A stretch of 64,000 nt of DNA. It comes from Thermoanaerobaculia bacterium (GTDB taxonomy: Bacteria > Acidobacteriota > Thermoanaerobaculia > UBA5066 > Gp7-AA6). This document shows, piece after piece, positions 45,982 to 54,092 of the stretch. Position 1 is the first letter of the stretch; every line of letters begins with the position of its first letter. The notes beneath the pieces are model-generated. The model was not told where the DNA came from, made no database searches, and saw only the letters and a program-made list of their open reading frames with translations. The DNA lies in NCBI GenBank assembly GCA_038229875.1, contig JBBROA010000001.1, positions 65,955 to 129,954 on the forward strand, read 5' to 3'. The translations under genes and the position numbers were made by a program.

Positions 45982-46752
45982 ATGCGCGTCAGCGTCCTCG
46001 CGTCGGGCTCGGGCGGCAATTCCTGCGTCGTCGAGAGCGGCGCCACGCGCGTCCTCGTCGACGCCGGGCTCTCCGGCCGAGAGATCGAGCGGCGCCTGCG
46101 CGCGCGTGCGATCGAGCCGGAGACGATCGCCGGCGTTTTCGTGACTCACGAGCACAGCGACCATTCGTCGGGCGCGCTCTCGTTCTCGACGCGCTGGGGC
46201 TGCCCGGTTTTCACGAGCGCCGGGACCGCGCTGGCACTCGGGCTCGAAGGCGACCTCTTCTCGCCCTTCGTGCGGGTCGATCCGGGCCGCGACGGGCGCG
46301 TGGGGGCCATCGGCTTCCGCGCGTTCGCAACACCCCACGATGCGAAGGACTCCGTCGTCTACGCGTTCGAGGCCGACGACGCGCGGCTCGTGGTCGCGTC
46401 GGACCTCGGCCGCGCCGAGCCCGAGTTCGTGGATTTTCTCCGCGGCTCGACCACGCTCCTTCTCGAGTTCAACCACGACGAGGACATGCTCCGCGACGGC
46501 CCGTACACGTGGTTCCTGAAGAAGCGGATCTCGGGCGGGTGGGGTCACCTCTCGAACCGCCAGTCCGCCGACGCGGTCCGCGCCTCCGCGGGGCCGAGGC
46601 TCCGGCGGGTCGTCGCGACTCACCTTTCCCGGACCAACAACACCCCGGGGGTCGTCCTGGCGGTGCTCGCCCAGGCGCTCGACCGCGCCGAGTGCTCCGC
46701 GGCGTTCGACGTCGCCGACCAGATCCGCGGATACGCCCCCTTCGACGCGTGA
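45982..46752 (+). CDS. MBL-fold metallo-hydrolase
   Basis: MRVSVLASGSGGNSCVVE.., HxHxDH as VTHEHSDHSSG, ..GHLSN.. Confidence 0.85.
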   Translation: MRVSVLASGSGGNSCVVESGATRVLVDAGLSGREIERRLRARAIEPETIAGVFVTHEHSDHSSGALSFSTRWGCPVFTSAGTALALGLEGDLFSPFVRVDPGRDGRVGAIGFRAFATPHDAKDSVVYAFEADDARLVVASDLGRAEPEFVDFLRGSTTLLLEFNHDEDMLRDGPYTWFLKKRISGGWGHLSNRQSADAVRASAGPRLRRVVATHLSRTNNTPGVVLAVLAQALDRAECSAAFDVADQIRGYAPFDA

Positions 46753-46800
46753 AAGTCCCGTTCAACGCGTGAGAGTGCCGTTCAACGCGTGAAAGTAGAA
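46741..46800 (+). repeat. Three tandem 20-bp units spanning the MBL stop and the purS start
   Basis: TTCGACGCGTGAAAGTCCCG / TTCAACGCGTGAGAGTGCCG / TTCAACGCGTGAAAGTAGAA. Confidence 0.9.
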
Positions 46801-47028
46801 GTCCGGGTCTATCCGCGGGAGGGGATTCTCGACCCGCAGGGCAAAGCGATCGCCGCCGCCCTCGTGAGGCTCGGGCACGCTTCGGTGGAAAGCGTCCGAG
46901 CGGGGAAAGTGTTCTTCCTGGATGTGGCAGGGGACGACCGGACGAAAGTAGAGGCCGAGGCGCGCCGCATGGCGGAGGAGCTCCTCGCGAACACCGTCAT
47001 CGAGGGCTACGACGTGAGGGTCCTGTGA
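46789..47028 (+). CDS. purS: Phosphoribosylformylglycinamidine synthase subunit PurS
   Basis: 79 aa, MKVEVRVYPREGILDPQGKAIAAAL..LANTVIEGYDVRV. GTG start. Confidence 0.9.
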   Translation: MKVEVRVYPREGILDPQGKAIAAALVRLGHASVESVRAGKVFFLDVAGDDRTKVEAEARRMAEELLANTVIEGYDVRVL

Positions 47029-47062
47029 GCGGCGGCCTCGCCGTCAGCCTTTTTGAAAAGAA

Positions 47063-47761
47063 ATGAAATTCTCTATTGTCGTCTTCCCCGGCTCCAACTG
47101 CGACCAGGACTGCGAGCACGTCGCCCGCGAGCTCCTCGGCTGCGAGGCCGAATACGTGTGGCACGCGGAGACAGACCTGAAGGGCGCGGACGTGGTAATC
47201 ATCCCGGGTGGGTTCGCATACGGCGATTACCTGCGCGCCGGGGCGCTCGCCCGGTTCTCTCCCGTCATGGAGAGCGTCGGCCGCTTCGCGAAGGCGGGGG
47301 GGCCGGTGCTCGGGATCTGCAACGGGTTCCAGGTGCTTCTCGAAGCCGGGCTTCTCCCCGGCGCGATGCGGGTGAACCGCGGCCTTCGCTATGTCTGCCG
47401 CGACGTGCACATGCGGGTCCAGAGCTCCGACACACCGTTCACGCGGCTGTACGAGGAGGGGTCCGTCGTCCGCATGCCGATCGGACACATGGAAGGCAAC
47501 TACACGGCTCCGCTCTCGGTGCTCGACGAGCTCGAGCGGGAAGGCCGGGTGATCTTCCGTTACAGCGACGAGCTCGGCGGCATCACCGACGCCGCGAATC
47601 CGAATGGCGCGGATCGCGGGATCGCCGGCATCTGTAGCCGGGAACGCAACGTCCTCGGCCTGATGCCGCACCCGGACCGGTGCGCCGAAGGCCTTCTCGG
47701 CAACGACACGGGCCTGAAGATGTTTCAGTCCGCCGTCGAGAGCCTCGCCGTCAGTCATTGA
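47063..47761 (+). CDS. purQ: Phosphoribosylformylglycinamidine synthase glutaminase subunit PurQ
   Basis: [16 protein letters not shown].., ..[14 protein letters not shown].., catalytic Cys in GICNGFQVL, ..MPHPDR.. Confidence 0.92.
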   Translation: MKFSIVVFPGSNCDQDCEHVARELLGCEAEYVWHAETDLKGADVVIIPGGFAYGDYLRAGALARFSPVMESVGRFAKAGGPVLGICNGFQVLLEAGLLPGAMRVNRGLRYVCRDVHMRVQSSDTPFTRLYEEGSVVRMPIGHMEGNYTAPLSVLDELEREGRVIFRYSDELGGITDAANPNGADRGIAGICSRERNVLGLMPHPDRCAEGLLGNDTGLKMFQSAVESLAVSH

Positions 47762-47812
47762 CCCGTTGGTCCATCTGCGAAGCCGGGAACTCTGGACGAA
47801 GAACTCCCTTGT

Positions 47813-48511
47813 TCAGGTTCGGGGGTTGAGCACGGCGAGAAAGGAGAGCTGGGCGGCGACGCAGAACGCCCACACCCCGAAGCTCAGGCAGAGCGCTCCG
47901 CCCGGCCGGAGCATGCCCTGGCTTGAGAGACCGCGCGCCACAACGATCACGAACCAGAGATCGAACAGGTTGATGTCGTTTAGGAGCGTGAAGACGAGCA
48001 GAGGCGCATGGGGAAAGAAAAGTGCGAGCCCGATTGCGGGCTGCAGGTCCGCCATCTCCCGGACGGCTCCGGGAGTCCGGATCGCCAGAATGAGCAGGAC
48101 GAACCAGGACGCGAAAAGCGTCGTCAGCATCGCCGTGGACATGAGCGACAGAGCCTCCCGGTAGCGCGCCGTCCCGGTCAAGACGAGCACGCCCAGATAG
48201 AGGAGAGCGCCCAGCAGCAAAACTTTGCCAACGATCGCCAACGAGCCCCCGAGGAGCCCGACGCTTTGCGCCAGCGAAAAGCGCTCAAGAGCCGCCGAGA
48301 CCTCCTCCGCGGTGAAGCCGGCGGGAAGGCTCAAGACCAGCGCAGCGCGCAGGAACGGCCGCTGAAGAATCTGGACGGAGGCGGTTCCCATCAGAAGAAG
48401 AACGAGAGGAAGCACCAGGGAGGGCGAACCGACCGGGTGTTTGTCCGACCGCCCGGCGCACGCCAGCCTCCGAAAAACGAAGGAGGCGCCGGACAATCTG
48501 TTCTCGCTCAC
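47813..48511 (-). CDS. Yip1-like polytopic membrane protein
   Basis: Five hydrophobic helices (..LAIVGKVLLLGALLYLGVLVL.., ..LFASWFVLLILAI.., ..LWFVIVVARGL.., ..LSFGVWAFCVAAQLSFLAVL). Start GTG 48511 overlaps the TGA of the upstream permease gene. Confidence 0.55.
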   Translation of the reverse strand: MSENRLSGASFVFRRLACAGRSDKHPVGSPSLVLPLVLLLMGTASVQILQRPFLRAALVLSLPAGFTAEEVSAALERFSLAQSVGLLGGSLAIVGKVLLLGALLYLGVLVLTGTARYREALSLMSTAMLTTLFASWFVLLILAIRTPGAVREMADLQPAIGLALFFPHAPLLVFTLLNDINLFDLWFVIVVARGLSSQGMLRPGGALCLSFGVWAFCVAAQLSFLAVLNPRT

Positions 48512-50118
48512 GCGCCGCCCGCCGTACCCGGGTCCGGGCGTCCGAGAAGGCGCGCCTCGAAGAGCTCGAACGATCCGGAAATTCGGCGGTCGGCGGCTCG
48601 AAGCGAGGCCCAATAGAGCGAGGCTGCCGCGAGAGCCATCGCGCCGAGCGAGACCGGGCGCGGGACTCTCTCCAGACGATCCACAGCTCGCACCAGAAAG
48701 AGAAAACCGGGCGCGCCGATCAGGAAGAGCAACGTGGCTGCGTAGGCTGGGGCCGAGTTTCCGCTGGAGGAAGTTTTTCGGAGGACACTCGGCTGCGGAA
48801 ATCGTGCAGAGCTCCAGTTGAACAGCGCGAATACCAGTGCGAAAAACGTCTCGAGAAAGATCCAGAACATGCCGTCGAGGAGCGTCCGGACAAGACCCGC
48901 GAATAGAAGACCGGCGAAGGCGCCCGCGTGGATCAGAACCAGGAGGACGGTGTTCTTGACCCGGAGCACACGAACAATGGAGAGGCCGCTCGCACGATAC
49001 AGGCGCACGCCCCGGCCGTCGGGACCGAACGAGTTCGCCGCGAGTCCGAGAATCGAGAGCGTCCAGAGGATCGTCAGGGCCAAGGCCTGCTCACGCGGTT
49101 TTTCGAGCGCCCTGAGGAGCCCGCGCGTGTCGTTAAACCACACCGAACGGCTGAACGGTGCGGCGGCCACGAACGCGATCAGCATTCCGAGGGTCAGCCG
49201 GCCCACGCCTGTCCGAACAAGCGAACGCCACTCCTTTGCAGCGAGCGCCCGGTTGAGACCGCCTCGTGCAAGGGTCGCGTTGGACCGAAAGCCTGCGGAA
49301 TGCGCTCGGGGCTCGATCATGCGTCGCGCCACGCGCCAGCCCACGCTGAAGAGTCCGGCACAAATGACAATCAGGAGCATGACTGCCACACAGTCGACGG
49401 GTGCGAAGCGACCGGCGGCGAGGCGGGACAGGAGATCCGCCGTCCTACGATCCGGCAGCAGACTGCCGGCAACAATCGGCCACTGGATCCCGACGGCTTC
49501 GAGAAGGATCATTGCCGCCGCGGCAAACTGCACTCGACTTGCGAACCGTCCCATCAGTCCCGTATGGAGAAGGGCGGCCGCCACGAGAGAAAATGTGAAG
49601 AACGCGCAAGCCCCTATGGCGATGAAGGCGCGGTGACGCAAAGGGAGCCCCGGAAGAGAGGCGAGGCCAGCCGCGTAACCCGCGTACAGCGCCGAGAGCA
49701 GAAGGACGCCGGGCGAGGATACGATCTTGCCCAGGGTAACGAGCCAGATCTCGGCGGAAGTGAACGGCAGATCCCGCAGCGTCCCAATAAAGTGAGAACC
49801 TCTTCCGGCGGAGACCGCGGCGGAGAGCAGGCAGCCCAGGAAAAAGATGGAGCAGATCACTCGGCTGACGAGGGGAATACCGAGAGCTGGATCTCGAGAG
49901 GCGACCGTCGCCATCCCCGCGGCGGCCGCAGTGGCCAGCAACGCCAGGCACCCCAGAAGGAGCAGGCCGGCGGCGATTGCAAAACGGTCGGCCGGTCTGC
50001 GAGACCTCCACGTGTTCGCGGCGATACGGGCGGACGCCCACGCTACCGCTCGCAACGCCCCCGACCCGACTCCGGAGACCGGGCGGCGGGGGATTGGAGG
50101 GCACAAGGCGGAGGTCAC
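48508..50118 (-). CDS. Large polytopic membrane protein, putative ABC exporter permease
   Basis: 536 aa with about 12 hydrophobic segments. GTGA overlap with the ABC ATPase gene. I recognise no named family motif. Confidence 0.6.
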   Translation of the reverse strand: MTSALCPPIPRRPVSGVGSGALRAVAWASARIAANTWRSRRPADRFAIAAGLLLLGCLALLATAAAAGMATVASRDPALGIPLVSRVICSIFFLGCLLSAAVSAGRGSHFIGTLRDLPFTSAEIWLVTLGKIVSSPGVLLLSALYAGYAAGLASLPGLPLRHRAFIAIGACAFFTFSLVAAALLHTGLMGRFASRVQFAAAAMILLEAVGIQWPIVAGSLLPDRRTADLLSRLAAGRFAPVDCVAVMLLIVICAGLFSVGWRVARRMIEPRAHSAGFRSNATLARGGLNRALAAKEWRSLVRTGVGRLTLGMLIAFVAAAPFSRSVWFNDTRGLLRALEKPREQALALTILWTLSILGLAANSFGPDGRGVRLYRASGLSIVRVLRVKNTVLLVLIHAGAFAGLLFAGLVRTLLDGMFWIFLETFFALVFALFNWSSARFPQPSVLRKTSSSGNSAPAYAATLLFLIGAPGFLFLVRAVDRLERVPRPVSLGAMALAAASLYWASLRAADRRISGSFELFEARLLGRPDPGTAGGA

Positions 50119-50879
50119 GCCCAGCTCAATTTCGGCAGGCGGTCGCCGTCGATCCGGAGGCTCTCGAGAACCACGGCCTCGAGGGGTCGCTCCCGATCCG
50201 TCCCCCGTTCGAGCAGGGTCGTGAGAGATCCCTGCGCCACGAGCGTGCCGCCATCAAGGATTCCGATGTCCGTGCAGATCGCTTCCGCCAGCCGGACGGA
50301 ATTCGAGGTCAGAAAGATCGTCACGCCTCGCGCGCGAAGGTCGGCCAGGAGGCGCTCGATGACGATGCGGGAGCGGGTATCGACGCCTTCGAGGGGCTCG
50401 TCGAGCACGAGAAGCTCGGGATCGGCGATCAGGGCCGCGGCGAGGGCGGTCTTCTTTCTCATGCCGTACGAATAGCCCGCGACGAGCCGGTCAGCCGCGG
50501 TCTCGAGATCCAGGATTTCGAGAAGCTCCTTTCTGCGTCCATCCTCGATCGCGGGATCGATGCCGTAGAGACGCGCCGCGAAGGAGATCTGCTCCGAACC
50601 CGTCAGGTACTCGAAGAGTGCGAGCTCCTCCGAGAGGTATCCGATACGCCGCAGGAGGTTCCTGTCGTTTCCCCTGAGCTGAGTTCCGAACAGGAAGATT
50701 TCTCCGGCAGATGCCGCGGCAACCCCGGTGAGAAGCCTCGCCGTGGTCGTCTTGCCGGCGCCGTTGGCTCCGAGAAGACCGTAGCAGGCGCCCCGCTCCA
50801 CCTCCAGGTCGAGCTTCTCGAGCACTTTCGTCGATCCGAAGCTCTTTGAGATCCCGACGGTTCGGACGGCAGCGCTCAC
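50115..50879 (-). CDS. ABC transporter ATP-binding protein (ABC-2 type)
   Basis: Walker A GANGAGKTT, degenerate signature YSYGMRKKTALAAAL, Walker B LLVLDEPLEG. Start set at GTG 50879, 6 nt after GGAGG. The upstream part of ORF 50115..51035 is an artefact. Confidence 0.85.
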   Translation of the reverse strand: MSAAVRTVGISKSFGSTKVLEKLDLEVERGACYGLLGANGAGKTTTARLLTGVAAASAGEIFLFGTQLRGNDRNLLRRIGYLSEELALFEYLTGSEQISFAARLYGIDPAIEDGRRKELLEILDLETAADRLVAGYSYGMRKKTALAAALIADPELLVLDEPLEGVDTRSRIVIERLLADLRARGVTIFLTSNSVRLAEAICTDIGILDGGTLVAQGSLTTLLERGTDRERPLEAVVLESLRIDGDRLPKLSWA

Positions 50880-50890
50880 TTCCACCCTCC

Positions 50891-50929
50891 ATAAAAGTTG
50901 CGGTTGGCTGCGCGCGCGGCCAACCGCAA
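50891..50929 (-). terminator. Strong hairpin plus CTTTTAT immediately 3' of the peptide gene (terminator/attenuator before the ABC genes)
   Basis: Perfect 11-bp inverted repeat, TTGCGGTTGGC (50898-50908) / GCCAACCGCAA (50919-50929), extendable through the GC-alternating loop. On the minus strand it is followed by CTTTTAT. Confidence 0.6.
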
Positions 50930-50934
50930 GAGAC

Positions 50935-51237
50935 TTACGAAACGCAAGTATGGAGTTCCGCCGTGAGGCCCAAGCCTCCCGCCCCGACGACCGCTCCGAC
51001 GAAGATGGCGCCCGTTCCTGCCGTGAGAACGCCAACGCCGACCACGAGAGCGGATGCCGCCGCGAACGTGAACGCGCAAGCCCAGAACGATCCGCCCTGA
51101 ATCGACTCGAGCTGCGCAGAGCTCAGCGAAGTCTGAGCCGCCAGGCGCGTTTGCGAGACGGGGGCCGAGCCCGCCGAAGCGGACGATGTCAGTGCAAGGA
51201 ACGATGCGAGGACGCAGAGTCCAATGATTCTATTCAT
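50935..51237 (-). CDS. Double-glycine-motif bacteriocin/microcin-like precursor peptide with N-terminal Sec-type signal
   Basis: MNRIIGLCVLASFLALTSSASA/GSAPVSQTRLAAQTSLSSAQLESIQGG/SFWACAFTFAAASALVVGVGVLTAGTGAIFVGAVVGAGGLGLTAELHTCVS. LSSAQLESIQGG fits the LSxxELxxIxGG consensus. The Gly/Ala-rich hydrophobic 51-aa tail carries 2 Cys. SD GGAGGTGA lies upstream. ATGA overlap with the C39 gene. Confidence 0.7.
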   Translation of the reverse strand: MNRIIGLCVLASFLALTSSASAGSAPVSQTRLAAQTSLSSAQLESIQGGSFWACAFTFAAASALVVGVGVLTAGTGAIFVGAVVGAGGLGLTAELHTCVS

Positions 51238-51953
51238 ATGTCACCTCCCTTCGATTGAGATACCGCTCGGAGCGTTCCTGCCGGACGTGGCAGGAAAAAC
51301 GGCTCGACGTCCCGAGCCGTTTTCCGCAAAGGGAATCCCTCCGAGTCTGCAAGGATCAGCGCGTCGCCGGTCCAGTGCCTCTCGAAGGCCGCGCGAGAGA
51401 AACGCAGATGCCCGATTGCAGAATCGAGAACGTGAAATCCGAAGTCTCCGGCCGGCGAGGGGATGACAACTACGAAATGCGAATAGGCGAGGTGCGCCAG
51501 CCAGGGTATCGAGGACGGCGGAGTTTTCGACGTCGAGCGGACGCCGGCGAGATCGACTCCGAGCGCGCGGGCCGCATCGCGAAGCGCTCTCATGGACGCC
51601 CGACTGTCGATCGGAATCAGCGCGGGGATGGCGGCGCAGAGGTCGCCCCTGCCGGACGATCGAAGCAGATTGCAGAGAGCTGCGGCGCCGCAGTTGTTTT
51701 TCGAATCCTGGAGCACGAGGTCATCCCTTCCGACGAGCCGCGCTCCCAAAATTACCGCCCGGGCGCTCGGCGTGAGGAGCCGCACGGAGGCGTTCCAGAG
51801 TCCGAAAAGCGCTCCCACCGCGGCAATTGCGACAATGGATCGGCGTACGAGTTTTATAGTGGCTCCCTTCGGGAGCGCAGATGCGCCGCCGCCTCCCGCG
51901 CCGCCCCCGGGCCCGTCCAGACGGAAGCGAGCTTTCCTTGACGGTCGATCCAT
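51234..51953 (-). CDS. Stand-alone membrane-anchored C39-family cysteine peptidase
   Basis: Q-x5-C in LQDSKNNCGAAALCNL, His in AYSHFVVVI, Asp in HVLDSAIG. The K/R-rich N-terminus plus a single TM helix (IVAIAAVGALFGLW) predicts an outward-facing domain. Start at ATG 51953 is tentative; it overlaps the thioredoxin gene by 100 nt. Confidence 0.75.
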   Translation of the reverse strand: MDRPSRKARFRLDGPGGGAGGGGASALPKGATIKLVRRSIVAIAAVGALFGLWNASVRLLTPSARAVILGARLVGRDDLVLQDSKNNCGAAALCNLLRSSGRGDLCAAIPALIPIDSRASMRALRDAARALGVDLAGVRSTSKTPPSSIPWLAHLAYSHFVVVIPSPAGDFGFHVLDSAIGHLRFSRAAFERHWTGDALILADSEGFPLRKTARDVEPFFLPRPAGTLRAVSQSKGGDI

Positions 51954-52381
51954 GCGACGGCGGGCACCCGGGTGACACCGAGATCTGACCAGGGGAGCGC
52001 GGTCCTCGCGTGACGGATTCGCCCGGAAACGCCGAGAAGTCCGAGCGCCGGGGTCCGCGTGACCAGGAACAGCGCCGCGCCGGAGGTTCCCTCGAGCTCG
52101 CGTTGCAGGCCGGGGAGCACCTCCACACAGCTCGAGCAATCAGGATCCGCGAACAGCAGGAGCGTCGGTTTTCCGAGGAGGTCCTTCGAAGAGATTCGCA
52201 CGCCGTCGTCTAAGCTGAGAACGAAATCCGGCGCGGATCTCGGGAACGAGGCCGGTCGGGCGCCCCGGACATCGCGTCCGAAGAGAACCAGCAGGACGAG
52301 CGACCCGAAGGAGACGAGCGCGAGGAGGAAACCTGCCATGCGGCGCGGCGACGACTGCGCGAGCTCGAAGATGCCTTTCAT
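51854..52381 (-). CDS. TlpA-like membrane-anchored thioredoxin-fold protein
   Basis: MKGIFELAQSSPRRMAGFLLALVSFGSLVLLVLFG (N-in anchor), then ..KPTLLLFADPDCSSCVEVLP.. (CxxC redoxin motif). Confidence 0.8.
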   Translation of the reverse strand: MKGIFELAQSSPRRMAGFLLALVSFGSLVLLVLFGRDVRGARPASFPRSAPDFVLSLDDGVRISSKDLLGKPTLLLFADPDCSSCVEVLPGLQRELEGTSGAALFLVTRTPALGLLGVSGRIRHARTALPWSDLGVTRVPAVAWIDRQGKLASVWTGPGAAREAAAHLRSRREPL

Positions 52382-52578
52382 GCCCTCTGATTGTCGCCAG
52401 TCGGAATCTCGCGAGTGGAGCTGCCCGCCCCCGGCTTCGAGCGGCTCCGGCGAGCGAGCCCCCGCGGCGGAGCCCACGCCCGGGGTCGGGGGGGGAGTCT
52501 TCGACCGTCTGCCCGATTTGGTCAGGACTGGAGAAGCTCGGCGACGACACCGGCGCCGTTTCTTCTGACGGCCGGGCC

Positions 52579-52594
52579 TGGCGAGCGCCGTGCG
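52579..52594 (+). promoter_or_regulatory. Candidate sigma-54 promoter upstream of the adaptor-kinase-regulator operon
   Basis: TGGCGAGCGCCGTGCG has GG (52580-81) and GC (52592-93) at the correct 12-nt register, 24 nt before ATG 52618. The -12 element is gTGC rather than TTGC, and a chance match is plausible at this GC content. Confidence 0.3.
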
Positions 52595-52617
52595 GTACCA
52601 TCCCTTCACCGACTCTG

Positions 52618-53376
52618 ATGATCCCAGCATTTTTCACGCTTGCCCTGCTTGCGGCCGTTTCCCCACCGGATCCGGGCGCTATCTCCTCCGGCGGCGCCGT
52701 CTACTCGTCGCATCTCATGGTCGACCAGGAAGTCCTCGTGTCTTCCCGCATCACCGGGATCATTTCGACGATCTCGGTCGATCGGGGAACCCAGGTCGTC
52801 AAGGGGCAGCCGCTCGCGACTCTGGATCAGCGGGAGGCGGAGAGCGAGGTCCGGCAGGCGAAGGAAGACATGGAACTGCGCCGGGCGGAGTTCGAACGGC
52901 AGAAAACGCTCTCCGGGCTGAACCTCGGGTCCGTCGCGGACCTCGACACGGCGCGGGCGCGGCACGCGGTGGCTTCCGCGGCCTTCGACAAGGCCAGGAC
53001 GCTGCGGGACTACACCGTGATCCGCGCCCCCTTCAACGGCGTCGTGACGGACAAGCTGGCGCGCGTCGGGCAGAAGGTGGTCGACATCCAGAACCAGCCG
53101 CTCTTCAAGGTGACCGCCCTCGAACCGCTGCTCGCGCGGATCTACGTGCCCGACAGGGACCTCGGAGGCTTGAAGCGCGGCGACTCGGTGGAGATCGTGG
53201 CGGCCAATGCGCCCGCCGTGCGCGCCTCCGCGCGCGTCGAGTACATCAGCCCGACGGTCGACGCCGGCAGCGCGACGGTCGAGGTGATCGTGCGGGTGGG
53301 GCACAATCCGTCGCCGGCGACGCTCCGGCCGGGAGTCGCCGTCGAAGTCCGTCTGCCGGCTTCGCGCCGCCCGTGA
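52618..53376 (+). CDS. Short HlyD/RND-adaptor-like periplasmic protein
   Basis: N-terminal anchor, then a barrel-sandwich/lipoyl-like region: ..VSSRITGIISTISVDRGTQVVKGQPLATLD.., ..YTVIRAPFNGVVTDKLARVGQKV.. Confidence 0.75.
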   Translation: MIPAFFTLALLAAVSPPDPGAISSGGAVYSSHLMVDQEVLVSSRITGIISTISVDRGTQVVKGQPLATLDQREAESEVRQAKEDMELRRAEFERQKTLSGLNLGSVADLDTARARHAVASAAFDKARTLRDYTVIRAPFNGVVTDKLARVGQKVVDIQNQPLFKVTALEPLLARIYVPDRDLGGLKRGDSVEIVAANAPAVRASARVEYISPTVDAGSATVEVIVRVGHNPSPATLRPGVAVEVRLPASRRP

Positions 53377-54092
53377 CGTCCGGGTCGAGAAGACCTCCGA
53401 CGCCGTTGAGGTCCGCGCTCGACCGCGTCCTGATCCACGACATCCGGAACCTCGGTTTTCGGTTGGAGATGCTGAGGTCGAACCTCGACGAGCACTACGG
53501 CCACCCGGACTTCAAGCAGTCGATCGAGGAGCTCTTGAGCTCGACCATCGGGCGGCTGGACGGGATCGTCCGGCGGTGGTCCGGCGAGGAAACCGAGCTT
53601 CTGATCAAGGTCGAGCTCGACTTGAACGCGATCCTGCGCGAGATCGCGGGCGGCGCCACCCGGCGCGGCGGCCGACTGCCCGCGGGGGAGTCGTCGCGCC
53701 TTCCGGTCCTTTCCCTCGCCCTTTCCGAGATACCGCCCGTCTGGGGGGACCTGTACTTTCTCCGCGACGCGCTCGCGAGCCTGATCGAGAATGCGCTCGA
53801 AGCGGCGGCGCCGGCGGGCAAGGTGCTCATCCGGAGCTTCCCCGCGCGCTCGGGCGGCGGAGAACGGGCGATCCTCGAGATCATCGACAACGGCGAGGGC
53901 ATGTCGCGCGAGTTCGTGACGGACCGGCTGTTCCGCCCCTTCCAGACCACCAAGCCCGACGGCGTAGGGCTCGGCGTCTTCACGGCGGCGCAGATCGTCA
54001 AGCACCACGGCGGAAAGATCCGCGTGCGCAGCCAGGCCGGCGAGGGCACCGTCGTGCGCCTCTCGTTTTCGGCCGCGTCCCCGGCGTCGTGA
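53373..54092 (+). CDS. Soluble minimal histidine kinase (no sensor or TM domain)
   Basis: GTGA overlap with the adaptor stop. The H-box LIHDIRNL begins about 20 aa from the start. N-box LIENALEA, DNGEGM, GVGLGV. Confidence 0.75.
   Translation: MTSGSRRPPTPLRSALDRVLIHDIRNLGFRLEMLRSNLDEHYGHPDFKQSIEELLSSTIGRLDGIVRRWSGEETELLIKVELDLNAILREIAGGATRRGGRLPAGESSRLPVLSLALSEIPPVWGDLYFLRDALASLIENALEAAAPAGKVLIRSFPARSGGGERAILEIIDNGEGMSREFVTDRLFRPFQTTKPDGVGLGVFTAAQIVKHHGGKIRVRSQAGEGTVVRLSFSAASPAS

Noticed and set aside
51854-51953. 100-nt overlap between the C39 peptidase start and the thioredoxin 3' end, as evidence of a frameshift or pseudogene.
   Set aside because: Both frames carry intact, recognisable domains outside the overlap. 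The overlap more likely reflects an unidentified or non-canonical C39 start. The start is flagged as uncertain rather than calling a pseudogene.
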